Origin: Pocillopora damicornis
Taxonomy: Eukaryota
Reading direction: 5' to 3'
Assembly (NCBI RefSeq): GCF_003704095.1
Contig: NW_020846595.1
Location: 124,001 to 188,000 of the forward strand
Length of the DNA: 64,000 bases
The position numbers and the translations under genes were made by a program. Positions 22,900-35,862 of this stretch are shown one piece after another (position 1 is the first letter of the stretch; every line of letters starts with the position of its first letter). The notes under the pieces were generated by a model. That model saw nothing but the letters and a program-made list of their open reading frames with translations. It did not search any database and had not been told where the DNA came from.

Positions 22900-25800
22900 A
22901 TGTTGGACAATTTATTAGTAAACTTTCAAGCCGCATTCCTTTAAAAATTCTTGTAGATTTAAACTAACAGTCTCGTAACATCATTTTTTCATTCTTGGTA
23001 ACAGTTGGATGGCGAGCCATGATTTGCAAGAGTAGCTAAGTTCCTCAAAGAAGTAGTATGTAGCAGAAGCTGACGCTAACTAATTTTTTTCACCGCCATT
23101 GAAATAGAATCCCTGAAGTTATTACATTGGACGCTATTCATTAGTTCAAAGAATAGCCCAGGTCTTCGAGAATTCTCTTTGAATGTGATTTATAAAATAC
23201 GTATATATTTGAATCTTGCTTTACCAATCACCCGAAACGAAGAAAAGCCTCGCTCCACTTTAGTACAACTTTCAGTGTTCTTCGTAAAAATTTGAAGTTA
23301 CGCGAAAAGGCATATATGATTCCAACTACAATTTATAATAGCAGAAGCTGCATTTCCACTACACGCTGTCGTTGCACGTGTTATCATCGACCCAAATCTT
23401 GTCTGCATACTCGAGCATGCGCACAACAGGTTTTTCTTTTCTTTTTTTTTCTCTGCTATCATAACCTCCAACCAAAATTTCTAAAGTCAGCAAGTTCATT
23501 CTACATAAGAGGACGCATGGCCGGTGTTTTCAAAATTATTTTCGGTGGACAATTAGACTACATTAGCTTGGACCGTAGAAATACAGTTGGGTTTTTTGAA
23601 ATCTTGATCCTCGTGGTGTGGAAGGGTGCCGTTGATTGTTAATGCTCTCCAAAACAAACAAACTTGTACAAGTGGGATGAAGGTAGAGAGAAGTTTAGTT
23701 AAGACCACGAATGGAAAAATAAATTAGAATGGTCGCAACCTTCTGTCCAAGTAACTATTGGTTTCACAATTTAATTTTATCAGAAGGCTGAAGTGAGGAT
23801 TTGTTAACTTAACACGCGTAAATTCTATTGCAGTGAGTTTTTTTTTTTATCGTCTTTTGTCATTACTGCTGTAATAGTGCTAATTGGTGATATGTCCTCG
23901 AAATTCTCTTTGCTGAGAAAGTTTTTATCAGACTATCCCAGAAAAAAAAAGAGGAAAATCTTAATGCCTACGTGAATGTCCGACTTCTATATAGAATGTA
24001 GATCTGAGCAATTTTAGCTTTGCTCAACTCGCTCTCGTATCTATCTTTGTTTTCAGTACAATATCTTTCAATTTGGAAGCGGACACTTTGATATGATCGA
24101 ACATCCTTTTACTAATTAAAGAGATTTCGGCAAGTTTTAATTGTACTTGATATCTCCTATCTCGTTCAAAATTGATTTCAAAAGAGCAATTTTTTTCTTG
24201 ACAAATAACGCTTCGAAAAAAAATTTTGGACTGAAAACTCAGACACTTTTCATGAACCAGTACATGACATTCAGACTGCATTTCAATTGTCTGCCCTTGC
24301 CATAAAAGACAGACGTTACAAACAAGGGCTATTAAGAGTCTCAATAAATGCCAGTTTTTGGCCCTCAAAGGAAAGTTTAGAAATACATCCTCCTCGTGTC
24401 TTTTGTGCGTATATTGGCCCGAGCATATCTATCAGAATATTTTGAAATATTTCCAACTGATAAAATTTCAATGTTTGCCCAACCGATAAGAACTTTTACT
24501 AGCCTGCAAGTTGTTCCCGGCTTTTCTTATTTTTTTCGAGAAAAAATTTCAGTCATGTTCTAACAGAAATTTCAAGCCACAGATGCGGGTTAAACAAAAC
24601 TTCTTATCAATAACAAATGATGGCTTTGTTATTCACTCGAGTGAGACAAAACAGTTCCAACAAATTCATAACCAAGAGCTAAAAGCCGTCGAAAATAAAG
24701 CAATTTACATAAACTTGGGTTTTGTTTGGCACGGGGTGTTTCACGAAGTGGTAATTTATAATTTTCCTATTATGTGATATGAGTACAATGAGAAATTACC
24801 ATAAGGACATGACCAAGATGTTTTTGAGAAAAATTGCCGAGTCCGGCTAATATTGATTATGTCATATTGAATCTCTCTCTATTCTGAGAATAGGATCTGG
24901 CAAAGCACATACGAGCTGATTCTCTCAAAACTACGGCTAGTAAGTATTACGTGTATCAAGACCTAGACGAATTTATCACTTTCTAACACCTTATTGGATC
25001 GACAAAAGATGTATATTCTACCTACTTGGAAATAATATTGTGAGCTGGCAATTAATTATCTATTGTAGTTTGTAAATAAGCGCTTCTTGTTTTGACAGAT
25101 ATTCCTTCGGTTGTTAAGAATAATCCAATCAAGAGAGAAACAATGATAGCCTGTTATAAATACGATGTTCAAATGTTTTCTTGAAAAGCGAAAATAAGGA
25201 CATCACATTTTCATATAGGACGAAGCGGAACAAAGCAAACATTCAGGTAAGGATTATGGCCTACAGAATTAAAAAAATCAGGTTAATGACAGTTTTTGGT
25301 AGAAATCCTCACGAAGAACAAATTACTCTTTGAAAAATAACGAGAAGTTATGAATTGTCTTTTCATAACACAGCTGAATGAACTCTTAGTTTTACTGGCT
25401 TGCTTAAAAAAACTTTCTATATACAATTTTAAAGCACACCTAAATCAAAGTGTTTATGGAATTTTTTGTAGAAATCCATTTGGGATACCAACTTCTCTTT
25501 GAAAATTAAGGAAAGCAACTAGAACCTGCATACTTCTGCTTAATAGATTACAGTATAAAATGACAAAACTAAATTCTCTTTCATCTTAAACTCATAACTT
25601 AACCCTTTAACTCTAAATAGTATATATCTTCGGTGCAAGCCCGAATCAAGGTCTTAATGTATTGGACTATTCCTTAGTAAGGATGTGGAATTAACTTTAA
25701 GATCTTTGATATAAAGATGAAAACTTTGGGTAAAGCACGATGGTGCTTTTATTTTTTCTTCCTTCGGGATAAACTAGCATCTACATTCGTGTAGCAACGG

Positions 25801-26992
25801 TTTTCAAAAAAATAAACATTTTCTGATCATGTTTTCATGCGCAAATTTTTTATTTTGTCAAGTAACTAAGGAGTTATATTAAACATATAAAATGAAAGCT
25901 GCATCTGAACATTAAGAATCTTTCATCCACTCCGATTAGCAGTTAGATATTGGTAAATGGAAAACTCAAGTTCTCGGTCCGGGTGCTGAATATGCCAAGA
26001 GGAAGAAAAAAAAAATGAGAAAAAGAAACGATGGAGAGGGGTAATGGAAAAAGAAGGGATATGAAAGCAGCTTATATCTTATAACATGCTACAATAAACT
26101 TTCTTGTGATCAGCAACTGACCCACCAAGTAGTCGGGAATAGAGTGTTGCCAGTAGCGTTAATTCATTCAGTGGCTATTAACTATCACGCAACATGATGT
26201 CGAAGCACTCTAAGCACTCGGTTAGTCAACACATGCATGGATTACTGTCATACGTGGAATAAACACAAGCGCCATATGAGTTTAAAATAACTTCTCACAT
26301 GAGATTTTTAACTGTTTAAAATCTTTTGCTACTCAGCCATAGTCAGTCTATTAACCCTTCGATCAATTTGAGTCCTAGGTTCGAATTTAATTTTTCTTCG
26401 TTCGAATTTGTTACCTTGTCGTACGTAAAGAAAATGCGAAATTGGTAACCATAGATAAAATTAAACCTCAGCAAATGGTTACATTATAATTTCCGACTCA
26501 GACCCGATATTAAGTTATTCTTTTAAGCCATATTGTACACTTACACACCTTAAGTAAGTTACTGAAAAGTTAGATGAAGTAACCTGTTAAAGTCTCTCGT
26601 TTAAGTTGCTGGCGTTATTATTTCGAATTAGTTGGTAGTGACGAAGAAGAAGAGACAAGAAGACAATTCTCACGGTCCTCTTCAAAATATGAATGATGTG
26701 GAAAAAAATAGAAAAGATTCAGTTGATTGCACGTAGATTTGAAGCATTTCGGTCCATAAAAGTACCTAATAGGTGATATTTTATCGCACAAATGTTCTTC
26801 CTTGTTCCAACCAATCCACTGAAAGATCGTTCCTTCTCACTTAATTATTTTTGTCAGTGTTTTTGTTTTGTTCCAACCTTTTGTCTGTTTGATCGATGTT
26901 TTAATATAAGGCCATTTGAAATCATGCAGTTGCATATTTCTATTACCCATGCAAACTGTCGATTGATTTCACAAGGTAATTTAGAATTATCT

Positions 26993-27056
26993 ACTGAGTT
27001 CAGTGATAACGTAAATTGGCCACCGTAAAGAGTTTCAGATCTGACGTTCCGAGCGT
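26993..27056 (-). mobile_element. Degenerate second copy of the 2692-2899 element (hammerhead core broken)
   Basis: The reverse complement reads acgctcggaacgtcagatctgaaactctttacggtggccaatttacgttatca, matching 2811-2862. GAAA is mutated and the CUGANGA half is absent. Confidence 0.6.
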
Positions 27057-29036
27057 CGGTTGATTTGGGCTGGAATGATCATGTTCACCGCGAGAAAGAC
27101 TGCGGTTGGTAATACAGTCGAAGCTGTATTTAGCAGTCACTCCGTCTAAGCGTTCGGTTTTCAAATTTCCGAATTTTTTTCCCCGTAGTACTGTAATTTT
27201 CAACTCTAGTAAGCGGTACGTCGTGCTCACCCCTTACTGAGTCCCGACGGCCTGATTGTATCGCTCAGGACCTGTATTGAACAATCAACTATAGTGGAAC
27301 CACTCAAATAAAATTGGGGATAATCTTTAAAATAAAATCTAATCCATGTTTAACTCCCGAAATCAATGTTAACAGTATTTTTGAGCGATATTTTGTACAT
27401 GAGGGGTCAATTAGGCATAAAATGGCGTTTTTCATCGTTCTTTTAGGATACCCCTATTCTTTGGAACCTGCATTAAGCGATCACCTCGCTATTCCCCATG
27501 AAATGCTCCTCCTGGACACGAAGTTGAGAAAGAAACTCGTTTCTGTTTTCCTCTTTAGCTTATCAACTCGAAATTCGAGATCAGTATAGCGCAGGTCCAC
27601 TTCAAATTAATCTCTGGTAATGACCGTATAGAAACTTACATTTCTTTATTCCATGACAATATCTACCTTTAGCAAAAGGGATATATGATCGATTTAAAAA
27701 TAAATAGAAAAATAAAACTTAGTAGATTGACTACAAAAAGGCAGAAAAAGAGTTCAACCTTTTTCGCTTTGGAAACTTCAGTCAGTGTTAATTCAATGAA
27801 AAACTTAAGTTTACTATGTATAAATTTGTTCATGACGGCCATCCAGCGACCAAACACACAAAATTTAATTTGACTCATTGTTAAATGGGATTATTAAGAC
27901 AGGAATACGTCAAGTCTTCTTCTAAAGTGCCAGTTTCATAACAATATCATAATTTGGTTAAAAGTGGGATTAAAGCTTTATATTTCGTTTTGATTAAAGT
28001 GTCAATAATTTGGCACTTTTCTTTTATGAGTTTAAAGCAGCGACTAATATTATCTAGTTTTTCTTTTCAAGATATGTGATCAATTTGTGATGCGTCTCTT
28101 AAGATTTTCAAAAAAGACTTTTATAGTATTTAATGAAGTTCCATGAAGGTAAATCTTGCTCGAATTTCAGCATAGAAGAACGATTTTCACTAATTGAAGA
28201 CTAAATGGATTTTCGACCTTGTATACCGTCTTTTCGTTTCCATAGAGTCTCTAAGACTCTTTACGCTCTCGGGAAGAATTTTCTACCTCATAAGGATTAA
28301 ATATCTAATTTGAAAGGGTCTCTAGATTTCCAGTTCCTAATCTGCGTGAATGCAGCTGTAAACGAAGGTAAAGTAAAGCTAAAAATGGTATCTCACAAGT
28401 GCCCGTTGTTTTACTCTAATCGTTAGTTTACCGATAGCCACAAAATCACATTTTACGAGGTTTGTAAATGGATTTTGGTGGTTAATAATAACGATTTTTT
28501 GCTGTGCTAATTGCTTATTTTGATAGCCTTATCTGTTCGCTGAGAAGTAAAGGAAGGTGTTTGACGAAATGCAATTATAAAGAGGAACGAGAAAAGAATC
28601 AAAATAAGGCGAGGAATTCAAACAACAAGATTCTCTGCCGGTTTAATGACACTTTCAAACACATGGGAGTGAAATTATTGTCGGAGCACGTTTGGAAATC
28701 GTAAATCGGCGATTCACCTGACAATATTTGATTAGTTTTAACTGCCAAACATAGCAATGAGGAAATCAAATTGAGGTATTGCACGAAAAACTTCTTTACC
28801 AATGAAAGTAACGTAGATCAAAAGCAAAAAAGAGAAAAAAAAGAGAAGATGTCGAAAAGCGTCCGAGAAACAAAGGCATAGCACTCAACATGTTTCTTTC
28901 CGGCAGTATTGTATGTTGCTCGTCAGTGAATTAACATATGCCCTGGAAATCTTAATTTTCTTCCACAATTCTAGGTTTCGTTCTGAGATTAGCAAAAAGA
29001 GACGAAGCAGAACTTCTCCAACAACCAAGAAAAGTG

Positions 29037-32000
29037 ATGAACGTAAGTAGGAACTTAATTTCGCTTTTTAAACTGTCAAGCACCAAGTTAAAAAGCTAAG
29101 AAAATATTTTGTTAGTAGGTTACCTTTTTTGATTTTTGCCACCAGAGCAAAATTTCATTACTGATTAAAGGAGCCACGCATACACACCTGTTTTGATATC
29201 ATCTCGGTGTTATGCCTTATTTCATTACAATAGGTAACAGGTAATGAGGGCTCGATTCTACCTCAACTTTTCGTATTTTTCATCAAATATTTCATGGAAA
29301 CACAGTTATTACAGCACAGTTATTACCTGACAAGTTGGGATCATTTTTGTTCTTTTAAAAAAAAGACAGGTTAAACACTATTGATGATTTTTGTAGAAAT
29401 GCTTCAATTTTGGCGTCATGTGTTTAACTCAAAAGCTATGACCCTTATTTTTTCATTGTTGATTAAAGTCAACGTATCGAAGTTTTATAAATGTTAAGTA
29501 ACAGGCTGTGACGTACCTTGACCTTTTTTTTTATTTACAGGTGATTTTACTCGCCAGCCTTGTCTTAATGACAGCATTCGTAGTGAATGGCAATCCTGTT
29601 AAGGTTTGTAAAATAGTTTTTTTTTTCATTGTCAAAACGCACAACTAGTCAGAATTCAGGCAGCTTTTAATCGCAGTGCTCATCGATAGAAATTTTAGCC
29701 GATCAAGCACAAGTCCTTAATTCACTTAGATCTTTCTTCGTCTTCATTCCCGACAATTTCTATGGTGCATCCGGTTCAAACCCACAATCCTTTGTGGACT
29801 TGTCATTCTGGCCGCGCTCACCATCTCTGTTTTCTTTACTCCGTAATCTTTTTTGTATTTCCAAATTAGAAATTCGCCGATCAACAAGTGAACTGACATT
29901 TTCTTATTTTCAGGGATCGAGGGACTTAAACGACTTACGTCGGTACAAAAGAGCAGGTACAATTATCAGTTTCTAATGTTCTTCGCACCTCGACATTAGA
30001 ATTTGTTGTTGCGTTCTTTCAAGAGAACCTCAGGCGTTCCCTATATTTCGTCTATTAACTAGCACCTTTTGTGCAGTCTTAACTCGCTCTTTTTTTTTTT
30101 TTTTTAACGAAATTCAAGGTCCTTCAAATTATGAACCAGTGGGTTGCTACAGTTCTGGGAAACTGAAAAAGGCGAAAGTATTCGGCAAGAAGTCATACAA
30201 GAAGATTAAAGCCGGAGCAGAGAGACCCATTGATCAGTGCAGTGAAGGCCAGGATTATGCCATCATTGGAATCCAGGGGATAAAGAAAGACATTTCGTGT
30301 TTAAATGGAAACGAAGCAAAATGGGACCCAAATGATTTCAAAATGGAAAAAGAAAGCAAATGTCCCGGTGGAGCAGGATCGAAGAAGACAATCTTCATCT
30401 ACAAAAAAAGCGTGAATCCAGGTAGAGGAAATTATAAAGCAATTTGCGTTTCTCAAACTTTTAATTTTCGCTAAAATTAAAATTTTTAAAGAGTCAGGTA
30501 TCCAACCTGCACGCAAATCGATTGTCCCATCATAAGTGGGCTAAGCGCTCCCATTTTCGCTCCCTCACTTTCTCTATATCCTGCCAAGATAACCTTCATT
30601 TGCATCCGTGTTTTTTTCTGTTTCCTTAACTGGGCTGCGGAAAATACTGTGTCTGAGTGAACTTCTGCCACTCGGTTTTGCCTAACCTTTTTTTTTTTTT
30701 ACCTAACTCTTTGAAAATGCATTATCGCTAAAACCTAAAAGAGTTTGAGGGTAGCTAAAGGAAGGGTCATAGTCTACGGCTTTGGGATTTTCATTCACAC
30801 TTAAAGTTATTAAGTTACAGACAGTCTCCCGAAATTCTCTTCTGAGACCACCACAAATCCCTTTCAATTCCTTGACTGTCCCTAGCCTCTCAATACTCGA
30901 AATTGTGGCCTTCTACATGGCTGATCTTTGCAGTATATGCGCGCACATCGCCTGTCATATTTGAACCTGTAATTTCTTACCTCACAGAGTCTTCTGTTGC
31001 TCTGTGGTGTAGCATCGGTAGAATACTTCAGGGGACTCAGAATTTTTCCTTAGACCCACGCCCGAAACCATACGAAGACACGTCTTTCCTTAACCACATC
31101 TGTGTTCCGTAATGTCTTTTTAGGGATCGTAGCTGACGGGAAGTGCAGATACGGCGACAAAGTATTCAATGACGGAGAAGAAGCCCCAATATATCACAAG
31201 ACAGGCGACGTGTTTAACGACTATTGTGAATTGTGTGAGTGTATTAAAGGAAACCTGACTGACTGTATGCACATCAAATGTGACACTGGGTTGATGGGCT
31301 GTAAAGAAATTGTTTATCCATCAGAAAGTGGGGAGTGTTGTCCGAAATGCAAATCAGAACCTTTAAGGAGGAGTAAGTATACTTCAAATACATTTTCAAT
31401 GAAAAACTCCGACTATTATAATGGTAATATTAACAATGATTATAATAAGGAATATGATGATAAAATCCGAATTCCGAGGTAGTAAGGCCTGGAGGAGACA
31501 GTAGTCACTGTAGAGAACTACATCTCCTGAGAACCAAAACTGCAATGAGTCAATCCGCTTTTTAATGCGCTGCTAGAGAGGATTAGAACGAAATTCCAGA
31601 TGAAAATCTTCAAAAATTGTAAACTTTTAAATTCTCACTCGATTTAGATAAGACTCAATACAAATGTATTACTGAAAGATATAGGTTAAAATCAGTAATT
31701 TGATCCTGTCCTGAATAAACAATTTTGATTTGTCTTTAATTTGGTGGTTTCAGAGTGCGACGGCAGGCGATCTTGGTTGAGTTACGAAGATGACGTATGT
31801 TTATTTTGCGAATGCCACGGGCAAGTTTCCGCAACGTGCCGCGTTGTCAAACCTGCTTGCCAAGCTGTAAGTTGCAAAGATCCGGTTATCCCCGTCGGAG
31901 AGTGCTGCCCATATTGCGGTATTTACGAATTATTTTTTCATCATAAGACTGCACATGATAACGGTGGTCCTTTTTTCCTTTTGCCACGGATTAAAAATTA

Positions 32001-32276
32001 AACTGGAATTATGAGTGTCATATTGACGATATTTACCATAAAAATTTTAAATAAAGAGAAAGAAAATTGTGGCCAGGGACAACAAAGGTTAAAGAAGGAA
32101 AAACGGCGCTATATCTGTTGGTAAAATGAACGATGACGCATCAAGCTGTTTTGTTTTTCGTTGATCATAATGTTTCTTTCTTTTCTTAATCAGAACCACA
32201 AACAACTCCTCCGCCAGTGTTTACAATCAAACCAACGGAGGATAGACCAGAACCACCCTTCCCATTTCCTTTCTGA
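29037..32276 (+). CDS. Gene D: secreted prepro-protein with Lys-rich WSC-like domain, 2 VWC domains and FTI/PFPFPF tail, about 303 aa
   Basis: Exons 29037-29042 (MN), 29541-29603 (VILLASLVLMTAFVVNGNPVK), 29914-29956 (GSRDLNDLRRYKRA), 30119-30421 (YEPVGCY...IFIYKK), 31124-31372 (VWC, 10 Cys, CCPKC), 31754-31918 (VWC, CCPYC) and 32194-32276 (EPQTTPPPVFTIKPTEDRPEPPFPFPF*). All introns are GT-AG with consistent phases. Confidence 0.88.
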
Positions 32277-35200
32277 AGTGAAATCAAGAAGTAAAGATGG
32301 TAAACCGTTGCTTAGTTCGTAATCAGGAATACGTCGTTGTTTTTATCTAGTTTTTTTCCTGTTGATCGTCTTCTTTCAGCTTCCAGTGAGCATTTCAGTT
32401 CTTTCTTTTCGACCTCTATCAGTATTTCACTTTCAATTTTTGTCAGACTACAATTTTTTCCAATAAGATCTCGTTTTGTTTTAATCTTCCGTGACTCTCT
32501 TTAGTGCTGCACTTTGAAAAAAAAAAGCATATATTCCTTCTGAATCGATAAGCGTCAATCTCTGTTCAATTCATTGGTCTTTGAAAACCAGCAGCACAGA
32601 ACTTAACTAACTTTTCTGTAACTTATTTTCAGTTGCAGATAATCTATGAAATTTACAGTCTTATGGTGACTTCTCATCCTTCGTTAACTGTTGTATTCTG
32701 CAAATGTCATGTTGTTTTATAGAAATTACAACCAGAAATATTAAAAATGTTAAAAAGCAAGGAATTGGTTTAATTTATTAACTGTTATTTTATCTGGTGA
32801 GCTCCACATGCTTTTTGCATCAGTGTTCTTTGATAGCGTTATTGCAATTAGATGTAAGCGAGCCTTGAAATCGTAGAAATATTAATCGTCTGTTCATAGT
32901 TGCTATTTTCTAAAACAGACTTCTCGCGCTAATTATTCAGGCTAAATCATTATTGCAAATTTGTCAAGATTCTCTCTTGTGATGGCCATGCGGCGCCTTT
33001 TACGAACATACAAAGAGAAAAAGAAAAAAAGCCACTCGTTTTAAATAGAGCGACGTGGCTTGAAATCTGCAAGTCTAAAGCCGATTTAACAAGAAACCTT
33101 GATGTGGAGGCGGTGAAATTGTGAAAAGTTTGTTGAGGGTTTTAATCGCCTCTGTAAAGTGGCCTTTATCCGCACAGAGTTCCTCTATCTGGGAGGCGAT
33201 ATAAATTAGTGCGCGCGTGTTAACTAAAATTCAATTCTGTGGCCAAGAAAGTGAAAGATGACTCTGATTTGCAATTATATCTGGGGAAATTATGGGTGAT
33301 TGTTTACCTCGAGGGATTAATTACTCACGAATGAATAATATCAATAATTAATTTTATGGCCGAGATACCGCTGGTACTTAAATGCCCAAGAAACAATGCA
33401 TGAATGATTTTCATTTCTTATGGATTTAATTTCAATGATGATTTATCACCTCTGATACAAGTCGATTCAATTTTGCAAATTTGTTATATTTCACTCTGGT
33501 TATTATCTACGTGGGATCTCCTACCGACAAACAAAGAACTGAAAATCAACACAAACTTTGACCACACCGCCATATAATTTCCTTTGAGGTTAGCAATTGT
33601 AAAACTAGAAAAAATTTGGTTTTAGGCTCGTTCAATGAATTCTTTAAAACTGAACAGTTAGCTTTCTTGACCAAACGTAGAGCAGGTGACATCAGCGCTG
33701 TCACAATCTATCGTTACCTGTTTGCACAGCGTAGATAGAAAAAAAAAGCGCGTTCTTGTTTATTTTATTAGATTCAAAACATCAAAACTAGTGCCCCATG
33801 AAATGGAATGAAAGCCGAACATAAATTAAACAATGAAAACATATCTAAACTGTACCACGGCGCTAAACAAAAGCTTCTAATCATTATAATCTGCCCAGCT
33901 GGAGATCAATTTAAGTTTGCATATTTATCTAAACGTAGATTTAGACAATCTGCAGAGCCTTCACTTCGTTGTTATAGTGCGTAGGATCTGTTTCCACAAG
34001 TACACCGTTCAAGGTAGGTTCAGTTCCTCTAGAAGGTATAACCAAAACTCCTACTGTAAGATTCATCTTAGAATGTCCTTTCAAAAAAGATATCCCTTTT
34101 AACTGAGCAAGGGTTTTCTGTCCGCCTCACACTCAAAGAGGTTCCTTCCTCAAGGTATTTTGCGAAACTTCACTCTGAGATAATATTGGTTGCGACACTT
34201 CCCAAAAACAACGTTTATGATGTTCTATCGCCCCTCTCCTCTTCCTTACAATGTTTTAAAGTACTGATGCGTCCATACCATCTTGTAGACCAACATTGAG
34301 AGGGGCAGGGATTTCAGTAAGCGTACCAAGAAATGTGTCTGGGAGTATATCTCGCATGATACAATAATCCAACAAGCGGATCAATTTACTAGTTGTTAAA
34401 GTAAACTGTTTTTTCGCTAAAATGAAACTGTAGTGGCAAAATTTCTAAATTTTGTCATCAAATCTATCAAAAAAGCAAAGAAGGTATCCCAGAGTTTTTT
34501 ATACAAGGAGCACAAAGCCAAAATCTTAATTAGTTTCTTGGAAGGGTGCACTTAGACATTACACAACAAGTGTTGTCTTTAGCATGTTTTGCCTGTGCGA
34601 AGTTTGTGGCTTCTTGATTTTCATAGACAATGAAGTAAGCAAACCGTAGCTGAAAACAAATGGAAATCATAAATGCCATTTTCTGATAAACGAAGAACTT
34701 AGCATCTTTTGTTAACTCCAGAGATTCTTCAAATGTCAAGGATCACGTAAGCAAGACTTGCAGTTAAGAAGTCCTGATGCAATTAATACAGTGCAATCCT
34801 ATCAAGGTTCTTTCGATACAGTCAGTACAACATAATACTCAAACCAAGTTGAATGTTCCTTGAATTTAGCATTGTTTATCTAGCTTAAAAAGCTTTAGCC
34901 CACAAGCGAATACAAAACAGAAATCCCGTAATTTATTGATGAATTCGCCATTGACCAATCAGGAAAGACATTTTTTGTAGAGTAAAAAAATGCTTGATAC
35001 TTGTTTGGTTTCACATATCATTTGCACCTAGTAACGACTGCTACGTCTGCACGATAGTGTTACCAGTTTGTAAATGTTCCGGTAAATATTCAATATATCA
35101 AGTATATATCCAGAATAATGACAACGAGATTGAAAAATAGTTTTTACTGCTGTACAATATAGGTTAAGCGTTAATCACTTAAAAGTTTAAGAAATTTCTC

Positions 35201-35422
35201 GTCGTATGATTTCCCTTGAGGCCAGATTACTTCCTTTATAAACTTAAAGGCGATAAGGATTAAATCTCCACCGGCCGGTGAATTCTTTATCACGTTCTAT
35301 CTTAACCACTTATGATATGGACTCATGGTGCCGGTTATAACACGAAGTCTACAACCTAAACCACGGTTTTACGCAATCAGTGGGCCTTGGGCTTTCTCTA
35401 TGAGAAGGTGAATTTAATTAAA

Positions 35423-35720
35423 CTAGTAATAATCAAATATTAGTAAAGTGCATTCGATCTCTAGCAAAAGGTTTTTTTTAATCGTACTGATTGTGCTGAT
35501 CTGTGTGTTTTCAGCTCAAGGCGGTCAAGAAAACATTTGCACATGAGATCGAGGCTATTTGTGCCACATAACAAGCCAGCCGGTCCAAAATGGTGCCCAA
35601 TACCTGAAATCGTATGGTATCCCGATCGATCCCCTTGGGACTGGTCCATAAAACCCTCGAGAGTAATTTCCGTAAAAACGACACGATTAGTACGCGTTCT
35701 CCTTCGTCGAACGCAATAGA
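35423..35720 (-). mobile_element. Non-autonomous Helitron-like insertion (298 bp) specific to duplication copy 1
   Basis: Absent from copy 2 (empty site tttaataaa|tgttcgtcca at about 40692-40710). The minus strand starts TC and ends CTAG, inserted between A and T with no target-site duplication. A GCGTTC/GAACGC hairpin lies at about 35694-35714. Confidence 0.7.
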
Positions 35721-35862
35721 TGTCCGTCCACTCTTAACACTCTTCACAAAAATAAATATACAGATAAGACCGTGAGAGACCGACACAGTTTCGTTAAACA
35801 GTGGCTAAACTTTGTTTAAATAAACAGCCCATGAAGATTTTTACACTTTTTCTTTTCCACAG

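Noticed and set aside
23000-28900. Short ORFs between the two arrays
   Set aside because: Low-complexity AT-rich translations with no motifs. A possible non-coding exon at about 25099-25246 cannot be assigned with confidence.
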